A stretch of DNA of 64,000 nucleotides from Vicugna vicugna (GCA_013265495.1 MU057398.1:248001-312000), one strand, 5' to 3'. Shown: positions 1-13,199, counted from the stretch's first letter. Numbers and translations: made by a program. The notes: generated by a model from the sequence alone, not told the origin.

Positions 1-3000
1 CTGAGATGGCTTCTCCCTGACACCTCCCTCAGGGCCCAGGCGGCCCTCCCCGTAGTGCGCGCAGGTGTCAGCCAAGGGCATGCGGTGACTGAGAGCTGTG
101 TCTCGGGGCAGTGGGGGCTGTTCGAATAGCTGCTGGGATTTGTTTTATTTGCTGGGAACTCTCCCAGGTCATGGGGAAGTGACATTCTCAGGATGAGGTA
201 GGTGCTCATTTCAAATGGCCTTTGACGAGCTCACCACTGCTGGTTGAAGCCGAGGCAGTCAGCAGTAGTCCTCTCCAAAGTCAGGCGGTCACAGCGACCG
301 CTCAGCTGCGGGCACTTGCGAAGGCTTCACGAGAGTCCCCCTGACAGAGCCACTCTTGCTCCCTGCCCCTAACTCTTCCCGGCCAGCCTTCTTGCCAGAA
401 TATTGCACGCTCACTGTTTCCCCGAGGCTCTCCCTGGCCCTCACTGGTGACTCCACCACAGTCCGGTGTCTTCCCTCAACACTCGGAGGCAGTTCTCACC
501 AAGGTCTGCTTGGAAGCTGCCTCCTAGCGCCTTTCCCTGAAGTGCGGTCAGCCCTGCTTTCCTGGCGGCCTGCTGTCCTTCCATCTCGCTGCCTGCTCCT
601 CATCCTTGCTGGCCTGTGACTCCCACCTCCTGCTAAGACCTTGGTCTGTCCTGTTTCAGACTGTGCAGCTTGCTTGCTGAAAATCCCACGGACCAGGGGC
701 GCTGGTCTCTGCTTGCCAATTCCTCACAGCCTGGCCCTCCCTTCAGTTTCCAGATGGCGACCAGGCACCCCTCATGCACCACCTCCTCCTCTGCCCGGCC
801 AGGAACCCCAGAGTGCCACACCCACACCAAGAGGCACCACAGCACCCACCTTGGGCTCAGCTAAGCCCAGACCACAGGCACCACCACCCCGAGCACACCT
901 CCTCCCAGCCCCCCAGCTCCTGATGGAGATGATTCTATTACTTCCACTGCCAGAGCCTCTTCTTGTCTCCACATCCACCTAGTGCCTTCGGCTCAGCTCC
1001 ACCCCCTTGCATGCACATCCCCAGTCCAGACACGCCCTCCCTGCACCCCTCACCCAAAGTCCTCCTGGCCCAGCCACCCATGTCTATGCCTGGAGGGAGG
1101 CTCCCTGTGTTCACCCTGAACACCTGCAGCCGCCTGGTGACACCCATCACACCCTGCCCTGCCCTTCCTGGGCTTCCTCCTGCCTGGCCACTGGCCTCTG
1201 GCTATGCTCTGTCCGGGACCCCCAGCCCCTGCCCTGACCCAGCTCCAATTGCTCCTTTTCCTGGGGATTCCACCATGCACCCAGCCCAGCCCTTCTCTGG
1301 AGTTTAGGCAACTTCCTGCCGTGGTCCCCTTGGTCTGGGCAAGACCTGAGACCACACCTCTCCCCAGTGTTTGCCTGTAGAGTCACACATGATCACAGGC
1401 TCATTCCAAAGAATCTTCCATGCAAGGCACACAAAGCGCCTCCCAGTGCACGGCTGCTCCCACACAACCCCCAGGAGGCCAGCCTCTGGGCTCCCCTCCT
1501 CTCCTCCCCCAACAGAAGCTCCACTGAGTTTTGCTCAGCGCAGCCCCTCCAACACCACCTCCTGCTCTGTGGCCCGTGTAGCCTCTCTCCTCATCCTAAG
1601 GGTGAAGTCCAGGGTCCTGACCGTGGCCTTCAAGCCTCTGCCCCTTGACATTTCCCCCAACACCCTGTGCCCCGTAACCCCTGCTGCCTTTCCAGATGCC
1701 TGCTCTGCTTGCCCACTTGGCTCAGTGTCTATGTTGGCCACTGTCTTGGCCTCAGGCCTCCCCAGGCCCCACTGCATCCCCCGGGGGTCCCTCTCATCCT
1801 ACAGCAGCCTGCTCAAAGGCTGCTGCCTAGTGAAGCCTTCTCAGAGTCCTCTCCGTCCCGCCAATGCAGCACACATGCTTACGACAGCCAGTTCTACATG
1901 CGGGATCTGTGCTCCCAGCCCAAGGCACTGGAATCAGTGAGGTGCAGACTGCCCCGGGGAACCTTCCAAGGCTGCAGAGCCCGGGCTGCCCGGAGCTCCG
2001 GATCCTGTAGGGCTGGGTGAGGTGGCTCATCCCTCCTGGCGTCCCAAGCACGTCGGCCCATGTGGCTGAGAAAGAATGTCTCAAGTCCGGCAGGAACATT
2101 GAGTCCCCAGTAGAATGGAGTAGCCCTCCCAGCCAGCCGCCCCACTCTCCCCCACCATCTGCCCAATGTTCAACTCTGAGCACCCCCCTCCCTGCCCCGT
2201 CCTGGCCCCAGCAGTCTCTTGGGTGTTGTGCTGGGGTCTGGGGCAGAGCCGGAGCCAGCTAAAGCCTGCTCAGCCCGTCTGCTTCCGTCCATGAGCCTAA
2301 TTCAGCGTTAGCTCTTTAGCAGCTAAGTCCTCAGCCCCACCCCAATCTGAGGTGTCTGGGAGGAGGTCGGTGGTGCCCCAGCCACCTGCGTATCTGTCTC
2401 CTTAGTGCCTGCGGCCTCTTGGGCTGACACTGCTGCCGGGTTAGTAGAGCGGGTCCTTGCAGTCGGAGGCTTGGAGTTCCTGGCCAGTCAGGTCCCTGCT
2501 TTGCACACGAGGCAATGGGGCCCAGAGAGAAGGGACTGGCCTGAGGTGGCCCAAGCTTCCCTCTCCTATCCCTTAGCCTTGTCCTCTCCGCAGAGGCACT
2601 CATTTCTTTGCAGGATCTTGATTTTGTCCCAGCAGATTCACTGCGCTTCTCAACAATACTGAAGCCATGGGTTACTTGAGCTTACTTTGCAAAGCCTCTA
2701 TTCTTTTTGAGTCAAAATACCCGCTTGAAAAACAGAAAGTCTGGGAGAAATAAAGTCTCTCAGCTTGTAGACATCCCAAGCCGAGAGGAACTTTCTCGAG
2801 GCAACCAGGCCTGCATTTCTGAGGTTTCAAAACATGAAAGTGCTCCCCAGATTTCGGAGGCCTGCACAGCTTTTTCTGTTGCTCAGGGAAGGCATTTCCC
2901 ATCTGCTGTCACCTCCGCCCCATGCTAATGTAGCAACACACCTGGCGGCTAGGGTGTCGTCCAGAATCAGGGTCCTCAAAACTCGGAACGTGGAGAAGCT

Positions 3001-4311
3001 TAAGCCATGTTCCCAGCCCAGTGTGTGGGCTTTCAGGGTGGGCTGGGCGACAATTCTGCAGTATTTAGACTGTCCAGTCGTGCCACCACACGGAGATGCC
3101 AAAGCAGAGGCAAGAAAGGCATCTTGCCCTTCCCTCATCACCTTTGCCCCAGAAAGAGTCCCCTCTTGAGACAGACCTGTCTCCAGAGCCTTAGAAACAC
3201 CTCAGTCTGAGGGGGAGACCCCCCCATCATGGCTGGCAGGGGTCACCTTGCTGCCGTGCGCTGGTCGCTCGGCACCGCGCCAGTCCCCCATGGGCACTCA
3301 GTACGCCTGACTCACGGGCCTCAGTCCCGGCACGAGGGTCCCCTGCTCTTGAGCGGGATGTGCTGGGCAGAAGAGGGAGCTCAGCGGCCGAGCCTGTGAC
3401 AATAAGTCTGTCTCGCAGCACGTCTGGGGGTGGCAATGACGGACATCCTCATTTTGGTTGGGGTGAGGGGAGTCTGAGCACTCGAGCTGCCTTCTTCCAA
3501 GAGCCTGGGCCCGTGGCAGACGCACCCCTGAACCTGGCAGCTACCATGTAGCTACCTGGGGGCCTGGGGGTGGGGGCCCTGGCACAGAGCCCAGAGCAGG
3601 CCGGCAGTGTGGTCTGGTCTCCAGAAGTATATACTTGCTCTGCTGATCACATTCTCTGTGATGGCTGTAGTGCCACAGCAAACTACAAGGCACTTTCCAG
3701 ACATCAGAGCCACCTTCTAAGGCCAAAACTCCCCTCCCTCCACCACCGGGGGCATTCCCAAAGAAGCAGCCAATAGTGCACCACACTGGGCTGGCCTCCC
3801 AGAATCTAGGAACATGCTCTGCAGATAGGGAGACATTCACTGGGGCCACCTAGACACAGTTCCGCGGGACCCCAGGCCTGGGTCTGATCCGCCCCCAGGC
3901 CCCCGTGCCAGTCAAAGGCAGGTTTAGGAAGTCCAGAGACACTGCGTCTCCCATCAAGTTCACCCATGTGGCTCTCATTTCCCCAAGACCCACCTCCCTT
4001 TGGACTCTTAGGAAGCTTGAAGGGTGGGGGCCAAAGCAAAAGCCATCTCCGCTCTCCCTCCTGCCCTGCCTGGGGCTCTGTGGGAAGGCGAGCTAAGACA
4101 AACCAGTGCTTTGGGGAACCCCCTTCCTGCTCTTAAAATCCATTCTTCCACTGCGACTTCCCACAAAGTCACCCTCAGTCACTTGGATGAGCTGCAGGAA
4201 GGGAGTGGTGGCCCCACTTAGGGCACTGGAAACAGGACAGGCCCAGGGAAGGGCTCCTGTCCCCACCACCAAGGAGCCTTGTTTCTAATGGGAGCATGTC
4301 ACATCCCTCAG

Positions 4312-4380
4312 GTGTGTTGGGGCGGAAAAAAAAAGATTGAGAACTACTGACCTAGGATAACAGAGTATTGCCAGACACAG
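4312..4380 (+). CDS. ATP2B3: ATP2B3 small alternative splice-site-C exon (f/g-type); 69 nt here, reads VCWGGKKKIENY* (stop 4348-4350)
   Basis: Flanked by ccctcAG and cag|GTattt. Removing one A from the A9 run gives VCWGGKKRLRTTDLG*, which matches the recalled PMCA3 f/g tail VCWDGKKMLRTTEVG from a 68-nt exon. Confidence 0.75.
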
Positions 4381-4744
4381 GTATTTATGGACCAGTGGCT
4401 TGCAGTGAGCATATCGTGAATGCAAATGGCTCTTTTTAAAATGCTTGCAGTGTGCCCGATCGATCGTTCCCCGCCCCCCGCGCGCCCCGTGTTCTGAGCG
4501 CCTGTCTTTGGCTCAGCAGACCCTCTCTTGGTGGATGACATAGAGGCCGGCCTCGGCCTGGGCCAAGGCCCCGTCAGAAGCATCGTCAGCTCCCAGGGAG
4601 CAAGGCGGCCTAGAGGAGGCTTTGCTGTCACGATATGTGTCCGCTCTGTGCCCAGTGTGGCCCCTGTCCTCGCCCAGCCCCAACCCCGTGCGGTAGCCGG
4701 GACAGCAGTGCAAGCCAAACTTTATCTCATTTTCTCTCCCACAG

Positions 4745-4898
4745 ATGGAGGTAGTGAGTACCTTCAAGAGAAGCGGTTCATTTCAGGGTGCCGTGCGCCG
4801 GCGGTCTTCGGTCCTCAGCCAGCTCCATGACGTAACCAATCTTTCTACCCCTACTCACGTAATTCTCTCTGCTGCCAATCCCACCAGTGCCGCTGGGA
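4745..4898 (+). CDS. ATP2B3: ATP2B3 154-nt splice-site-C cassette exon (PMCA3a C-terminus, calmodulin-binding region)
   Basis: Pyrimidine tract + acAG acceptor, GGGA|GTGAGT donor, exactly 154 nt. Translates MEVVSTFKRSGSFQGAVRRRSSVLSQLHDVTNLSTPTHVILSAANPTSAAG, the PMCA3a tail. Confidence 0.96.
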
Positions 4899-7800
4899 GT
4901 GAGTCTTGAGTCCCCTTTTCTCTCATAAATGGCATCTCGGGGGGAGAAAAAAGCCTCCCAACTCTTCCTTCTCTTTTTTTCAGTCTTGCATCCTCTGCTC
5001 ACCGTGGCTTTTCCGTTCTTTCTTTATTGCCCTGTCCAGTCCTTCCCGCCCAGACGGTGTGTCTCTCCAAAGCCATATTCTCTTATGAAATGTATTGAAT
5101 CCATGGTACGGCTGGACCATCTGTTTTTTTTTTTATTTGTTTGGTTGGGGGAGCTTTCTGTTGTTTTTTTGTTTGGTTTGGTTTTGGTTTAGTACTCCTT
5201 CTGTCATTGGTTTTCTTTTCTTGAACTTGTCTGCATCTGCTGATGGCTCTTCATGAACTTGGGCCGCTTCTGGTGGTGTCTGCTGTCAGGGTGGGGCCTT
5301 GGTCCGTGTTCTGTGGGGCAGCACAAGGGACGCACGCAGGCTCAGGGCCACCCTCCAGGACTGGAAGGAAAGGCCGGCGTCTTTTCAGCATCATTCACAG
5401 CAGAAGAACCCAGCCCACCTCCTTGGGACTAAAGGGGCAGCTTCCAGAACTCTCCCTGAGGTGGTTTCCAAAGGTAATAGATGTGCTGTGGGCTGCAGGA
5501 GGTTGCTGACATGTGTCCCCAGGTGCGCTCAGTGGTGGCCAGCTGCTCCTGCTCAGATGCTATGTCCCCCGTCAGCCATTGTCCTGAGCCACCGGGAGTC
5601 AGAGGTGTCCTGAGGAGCCCTCCTCACGCCCCAAGCCTGCACTCTGCTGCATTCCCATTTGTTCCCAAAGCATCTTCGCTCTTTCCAAGCAGGCCTCAGG
5701 ACTGGAAAGTTTTAACCTGGTCTGGTCCATACTCTCTCCTCCTCCTTCCTTTGAGAAGCTGGGCAAAAGTGATTCCTTTCTATACGCTCCACTGAAAAAT
5801 TCTCGCCATGTTGGTCACAGTTTAAAGAGAACCCAGGGGTGTCCTAAAGAAGTATAAACTTCCATATTTGCTCACATCTTTTTACAAAGACAAAAGGAAA
5901 GCCACGAGACTGTTGAACCAACTGCCCCATGGTCCCCACAACCAGAGACAACGCAAGCAACCGTGTGGGTACCCTGCTCGCTCTGGGGCCACCTGCTTCT
6001 TGTAACAAACTTGAGATCTCAAAAGCCAAACAGTAAACCTTCAAGTGTGAGCCCAGAGCCCCTGCCTGGATGGTTCAATGCTACATCTTTCCTTTCCTTC
6101 CAGTGGGACCCGGCAACTCTCAGCTCCGTGAACATGTCCCGACAAACGGGAGTTGTTAACTACGCTTTTTCCCCCCCACCAGATTCTGGGATTTTCTTTT
6201 TGCTTGATTTCCCTTCTCTTTTCCTTTTTTTCTTTTGTCTTGTATTTTCTTTATTTGTTTTTTTCTTTCCTTCTTCTTTTTTTTTTTTTTTTTTTTAGGA
6301 ACTGGTGACAGGTCCCCAGTGGGAGGCATTCCTCCTCTTGTTTGAGCTGTCGTTTCAGGCCCCTCTGCCCTTTAAGGAGGGGATGTGGGCTTCACTGGTC
6401 CCCGTTGGGGCCACCCTGTCCCCTTTGGAAACAGCGTGCACATAAACACACACCCGAGCGCGCAGTCCCAGTACCACAGGCCACACCCACCCCCAGCTCG
6501 GCACTCACTGAGCCACCAGCCCAGCCATAGATACTGGCTGACAGCCATCCCAGTCCACCCAGAGAGGTCTGTACGAGGCTCGGCCACAGTCGGTTGAGGA
6601 CAGAGATGGTCCTCGGCCTCCCTGACGGGCCTCAGCCCGGGCCCGGCTGGGCCACAGCACACTCCTTCCTGGGAACAGAGGGACAAGAGGGGGCATGCGC
6701 TGACCTCTCCTGTCCCTCCCTCCCCCTTGAGTTCCTCCATGTGTTCCTTTGCCATCTCTCTCTGTGCTTCCTCTCTGTCTGCCTTCTCCACACACCTGCT
6801 GAGGTCACACTCTCTTGACTCCCTGGGGGTCCCTTGGGCTTCCTCCCTGGGGTCCCTCTGTCTCTTCTCTCTCCCTCGGCTCCCAGCACCTTCCCTCCTT
6901 CTGTGGAGATCAGCAGTTCTGGGTAAGAGCCATGGGAGAAATGCCACCCCTTCCACCAGTCACAAGCCACTCCCAGGGGACCTGACTCACTCCTGGCTGT
7001 CCCTTCTCACCACATGCCCCCCGGGAGAGGAGCAGGCAGCAGAGCAACCAGTCATTGCTGAGCATCTTCTGTCTGAGGAGAGCGCTGCTGTGCCAGAGAG
7101 GGGTTCCCAATGTCCTGACTCACAGTAGGTGGCCAAGAAGGCTGATCCTGGGTGAGCCACAACACCTCAGAGAGGACCCCCGCTATGGAGGAAGATGCTG
7201 GATGGAGGACCAGGTGACACCAGTGGGGCAGATCTGCTTCCAGAAGCTGCCGACCAAAACTGCTTCTTGCCAGCAGCACTGTGGGGCAGGTTGCTTTGGA
7301 ACTCTGAGCCAGCCCCCAGTTGGAGCTTCGAAGACCCCAAGAAACCACCAAGCCCAGCACCCTCATTGTACGAATCGGGGGAAGGCCTGGCAGAGTGCAG
7401 GCTAGCCCCAGGTCCTCACTCTCTCTTGGAACTTACCAGAAGGAATGCAGGGAGCAGGCCACAGCAGAGTTTCCAGGCCAACTGAGAGGCAGGTGCTGTG
7501 GTCATGGGGCACAAGGTTTCCTAAGGAAAACCCAGCTCTTACAGGAAGGCTTCTGTCCTCCCTGCCCAACACCCGGCCAGGCCACACTTCATCCTGCAGT
7601 GCAGCCAGTCTCCGGCCCCACGTCACTTCTACTGAGAACCTCAGGCTCTCTAGGTGGGAGGCCCAGTTGGGGATGTGGACAAGGAGCCTGAAGGCCAGAG
7701 TGATAGGTGACATTGCTCACCCAACACAGGCCCTGGCACGTGACACTAGTGCAAGAAGTGGCCAGGGAATGTCCCCAGAGCTGGAGGGGGAGGAGAGCCC

Positions 7801-10639
7801 CTCCAAGGGGTGATGGGGAGATGCAATGATCCTGGAGGCTCAGCGCACCCACATTCACACCCACCCACGCTTTCTAGTCGACCTCTGACCCTCCCCCAGG
7901 CTTCCCACACCCGCATGTGCACACAAGTCTTTGCTGCTTCTGGATTCGGGAGTCCCAATGTGGTCCCTGCTCCCCCAATTGCACACAGTGACCTCCGGCT
8001 CCAGGATGGCCTTGACTACCTCCTCCCTGCTCACTCAGCCATTTCTCCTCCTGCCTGGCTTGCCCGCCACCCCATCACAGCCATTTCATCCTTGGCCCGC
8101 CACCTCATTTCATGGGACCTCAGTCGTGAACGACCTGGTGGCCACCCATCTGAGTGTCCTAGGATGGAGCAGTCTTTACCGAGCACTTTCAGTCTTTTAG
8201 AAATGAAGGAGGCATGGAATCCTACCTCTCTTGGCATGTCAGTCACCCCCATTCCTGCCCCAATCACGCCCTCACACAGTGATGCTCCAAGAAGCTCAGC
8301 ATCTCCCTGGCTAGGTGTCAGGACCCCCAGGATGGAGCCGGAGAGGGCTGTGCTCTTTTCACTCAGGTTTACTAATGAGCAGCGAGCCCAGGGCGCCAGA
8401 CGGCTGCCCCCTGGTGTGAGGGAGGACACACAGACACACCCCAGCTCCTCCCCATCCACAGGTCCAAAGCCTGTGCCCCAGCAGCCCGGCCCTCCTACAG
8501 CAATGCTGGGCCTCTGCTCAGACACGTGTGGTCATGGGGATAGGTGCTGAGTTTGGTCAGACGTGGCCAGTAGGTCTTCACAGGGCTGTTGAGTTGTGAC
8601 GGACCACGCCAGAAATAGATCACGGCAGTCACTTTATTGTAATCGGCTTTTGCAACATGAAAACCTGTCTTCCAACATGGCAAAGTCCAGCCAGGTGAAC
8701 CCCCAGGACTTAGGTGGACACACCTTTCCCAGGCCTGGGGAGACAGCCTCCTCACACACTCAGGAGCCGCCACTCCCAGAATCAAGCCAGCACCACGGAG
8801 GAAGGAGCCCTGTGAAGTGAAAGCTGTCTTGTTTGCTGGACTTTGCCTCTGTTTCAGGAAATTCATTGATTTTGAGCCAAGTCCACTCACTTGGGTTTCT
8901 GGGAAGTGTACTGGCATTTTTTTCTGTGCTCTTTGACAGTGTGCACATGGTCTCCATGCTAGGAACGGTCTCGGCCCTGCCTGAGACTTCCTGCACCCCT
9001 GGCCCTAGCGCAGGGAAGGGCCTCCCAGGCCATTCCCAGAGCACACGCCAGCTCACAGCCTAAGGCAAACCCTGGAAGCCCTGCTCTGGAGCCCTCCCCA
9101 GTAGGCACTTCCAGGCCAATTCCCAGGACTGGGAGCCAGGGCCTAGGCAGCTCAGGAGACTTATTTGAGGCCCCACAGCTGGACATGGCCAGGATGAGAG
9201 GCAAGGCTGAGCCCCTGAAAAGCCTGGGGCTCTCCATGCCTGGGTCAGCTCAGTGTGACATCCTATGGACACCAGCCACCAAGTCAGGGCTGTTCCGGTC
9301 CTGGGCACACATGCGTGCCCACAGAATGGGAGGTGATCTTCACAAAACTCACCAGCCACTAGCATTTTCAGCTTGTCAACGTACACAAAGCCATGTCTTT
9401 AGCTTGACTTGGGATTCAATTCCTCAGTGAAAGGGCCAACTCTGGAGTTGGCATTTCCACATTTCCTAACTCCGTGGTGAGGAAATGGACCCTGCCCCTT
9501 GCTGCCCTTTCAATCGTGGGCACGTCGGCCCACACCTCTTTGTGTGGCTTTCAAGTCATGACTTACCCCCCCATACCTACAGGGAGGGCTTGAGGCGTGG
9601 GGACCCCAAAGTTCATGGAGTCTCCATGGCGCTCCATGGCAGCTGTGTTGGGAATTTGTGCTAAACCCAAAGCCCAGGTGCCAGGGAAGCTGACAGGTCC
9701 CTTCCTGCTGCAGAAGGTTCTGGATTAGCAGTTGGGACAGAGACAGGCATGTCCGTCAAGCATGCAGGGACTTTGAGGGAGCAGTGGGGGGACAGGGAAG
9801 GAGTCGGATGGAAGAATTCTGAGCGGTGTGAGCCCTGCAGTCTGCCGGGCGCAGAGGGCGGAGGGGGTGACTGCTCCCCAGGGCACCGTTTCCCTTGTGG
9901 TCGTTGTCATTGTTGTTCAGGTGCCTTCGCTCTTCTTTTTCTGTTCTCTTCTTTCCTTTTCCTTCAGTGGGGTGGGTGTTCCCACAGCCCTCTGCTCTCC
10001 TCCTGGCTTTCCCCTCCCTTCTCCACCTCCACCATCACCTACGTTGCAAACTCAAGCTATTAAAGCTCACGACAAAAGCAGGGGACATCCACTTTCAGCC
10101 GTGACCTTCACTCCCTCTGCTCTCACCCTAGCCATGCATCCGTAGCACGGTTACCCGGCAGAGTCTGGCTCGAGCATCCGTTCTGCTTTGGCTCCATGGG
10201 GCTGGGAGGGCCCCTGGGGCTGGAGCATCACCTGCCCCATCCTCACCAAGGGAGCTGAGGTGAAGGCAGGCCAGGGCTCACGTGCAGGGACAGGGCTGGG
10301 CAGCGGACAACCAACAGACAAGTAAGCCTCAGAGGAGAAGGAAAGAGAAAAATGAATGGCACTATTTTGGATGCAAGGTGTCCAGGACAGCCTCTTGGAG
10401 GGTGGATGTGTGAGCTGAGTTCCAAATAAGAAGAAAAGGCCAGCTTCAGATGGAAGAGCAGTCTGGGCAGGGGATTGGCAGATGCGATGGCCCTGGGGGA
10501 GACTTAAGCTAGTTGTTTGGAGGTGAACCGTGCTGGGGAGGAAAGGAGGCAGAAGAGGTGCAGGGGTGCTGAGGGATCTGGATGGATGGTGACTGTAAAC
10601 GGCAAGAGGTGAGGGGAAACCCTGAGGCTTACTGGGGAT

Positions 10640-11060
10640 GAGCTTCCACAGCAGACGAAACAGCCAGTGCAAAGATCCTGAGGCAGGAGTGTGCCTGGCG
10701 TACTTGAGGAAAAGGGAGAGAGTAAAGGAGAAAGAGGAAGAGCACAACCCACAGCTGGCCCTGGAGGACTTCAGGTTTTCCTCTGAGGGAGACACAGCTA
10801 TTGAAGGGTTTGGACCAGTGGAAGGTATGACATGCTCTGACTGAAAAGATTGCTCAGGCTGTGAGAATAGACTGCACAGGTCAAGAGTGGCCATGGGGAG
10901 ACAAAGGGTGGAGGTAAATTTGAAGAAGCAGAGCCTGGAGTCTGGAGAGAGAGTAGGTGACTCATCAGCAGACAGATGGACAGAAGGATCCAGGAAATGC
11001 ATGGATGTGGATGGATAAGAGAAAAGGTCCAGACAAGCCCAGGGGCTCTTGGCCAGGAAG
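10640..11060. mobile_element. Old LINE-2-like fragment
   Basis: L2-type motifs such as cagccagtgcaaagatcctgaggcaggagtgtgcctggcgtacttgagg and ggacttcaggttttcctctgaggg; recognised by eye. Confidence 0.55.
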
Positions 11061-13199
11061 AAACGGGGAGCAACAGGAGGAGGACCCAGAGGCAGAGGTG
11101 TGGTGCACAGAGCACCGAGCGCCCAGGTGGAGAGGTCCCGGGGGAGTAGGGGCAGAAGAGAACAGAGTGAAAGGATGTGGGGGCCCTGAGTACTGACAAC
11201 CCTCTCCAGGCTATCAGCAGCAGCTGGAGGGACCACAGCACCAAGAGAGGGTCTCTTTTAAGATGGGACAAATGAATAACCTAGGCAGGGGCAAGGGAGC
11301 TGGTGGGGCGATGCACCCAGGCGGTGAAAGGGGAAGAAGGACTGCATCGCAGATGCCAGGAGGTGGGGGGCATGTCGGGCCTAGCTTGGGATGAGATGGG
11401 AAGGCACAGTGAAGCCCTCCCCCCTCCTCCAGCCCAGCCAGACCCACTCCTTGGCCTTCCCAGACACCTCGGCCATAGCCCTAGGACAGTGTCATCTTTA
11501 CTGGACAGTGCTTTTTGTGTCTTTTACTTTTAAATGATCTTACAGTATCATGGACTTTGGGGGGTACCATGCAAAGAGTTCCCACAGTCAGGACCCAGAG
11601 GAATTTGATCACATGCTGAAACATTTGGAGTCCCCACGTGGTAGACAGTGGAGGGAACAGCTTGACTCAGTGGTCAGAGAGAAGGGATGGGGCCAGAGAC
11701 CCAAGGGACATCAGCCACATAGGCGGCAGCTGGGGAAAGACAGAGCTGGCTGTGGGTCCCTGGCAGACACGATACCACAGCGGAGGTGGGGAAGGTGCCT
11801 CAGTGAAGAGGTATGGGCCTGGGGTCGGGGGTCTGGGTGCCTCCAAGGCTCAGCTGGAGCCCCACACTGGGATGGGAAGACTAGGCGAGAGTCAGGGTTG
11901 GAGCAGCCCAGACTGAGGGTCCTCCTCGACCCCCTTCAATTCGAGAGTCCTGTTAGGCACCGTGGGGAGATGAAGGAGCTGCAGCTGCTGGGAAGTGTGG
12001 GCCCTTGCCGCGGACACAGGTGGAGGTGTTGCAGACGGTGTTCACGACATCAAGGTGGGCGATGGGTGGCACTGACAGCGTTGATGGCAGTGAGGTCCGT
12101 TGGGGAGTTCCAGAGATGGAGAGGTAATCTGAGGACCCTGCCATAGTCCTGGGAATAGCCCCAGGACAGGATAGGAGTTCCAGGAGGCAGTCAGGGCCAC
12201 GCGCTGGGAAAGGACACTGGGTCCGCTTGGCCATGACTGCACTTTTGCTGGGACACACTAAACTCTGCCGTGGGGACATACTCGGCCCCAGTGTGCGAGC
12301 TCAGGCCCTCAGGGCAACCCTCTCTTAGAAGCAGTGGCCAGTTCTCACCAAACCCGTGTCCTGAGAATTGACTGTGCCCAGCAGCGTGGGGCGGCCTAAA
12401 ACCAATCCGAGTCATTTGTTAGGAGCCCAAGACTGGAATGCAGGGAAGTGGAACCTGGAGGGAAACTGGCTCACCATCAGCTGGAAGAGGCTCGGGATGA
12501 CTTGCGTCAGCAGCAGCATGTTTGAGCCCATGGCCCTGGCACCTTCCGGCTTTGGCAATAGGCAGCAAACAAGGCAGACACCACCCCTTGCCTGGAGGCT
12601 AGTGACAGACGTCAAAGTGAGACTTTGATTATACCCAGGAGGACTGTCCTGAAGGAACAGAGGCTAGGGAGGGAAGAGCTCAGAGTTCAGCCGGGGGCAG
12701 GGAGAGCGGAAAGGATGGAGCCGGGGGACCAGATCGTGGCCGGCAAACTGACCACAAAGGATCAAGAGCAGCCGTGTGCCAGGGGCTCCCCAACATTTCT
12801 GGCATCAGAAAAGGCACAAATAATGAGGCCACAGCTGCACCGGCTACAAAAAGTGAACTGGGTTTTTTTTCATTAACAAATGTCAAGTGATTCTCAGTTC
12901 CTGTGTTACCCTGAGCGCAGAAGCCAGTCTGGGGATTGAGAGCAGATAGTGGCCATCTGCCATCGGGAAGGTGTGGCTTCACCAAATTCAGAGAAAATGC
13001 TAAGTGGATTTAAGATGTGGAATTAGAAAATTCTAAATGTATGAAGCTCTTCGGCTCACTTTTTTGCACTTGACTGTGAGGCTTTCCTCGTTTAAAGTGA
13101 TGTAGGAGCACTATGCTTGGCTGAGAAATGCTGGGTCTGGGGTCCGGATGGCAGAGGGTTGAAAGAGACTCACTGTCAACAGTGCAATTCATGGGCTAA

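Noticed and set aside
10151..11236. Longest ORF in the track (361 aa, - strand)
   Set aside because: Low-complexity L/P/S composition from a purine-biased, L2-containing intron of ATP2B3; no recognisable domain or exon structure.
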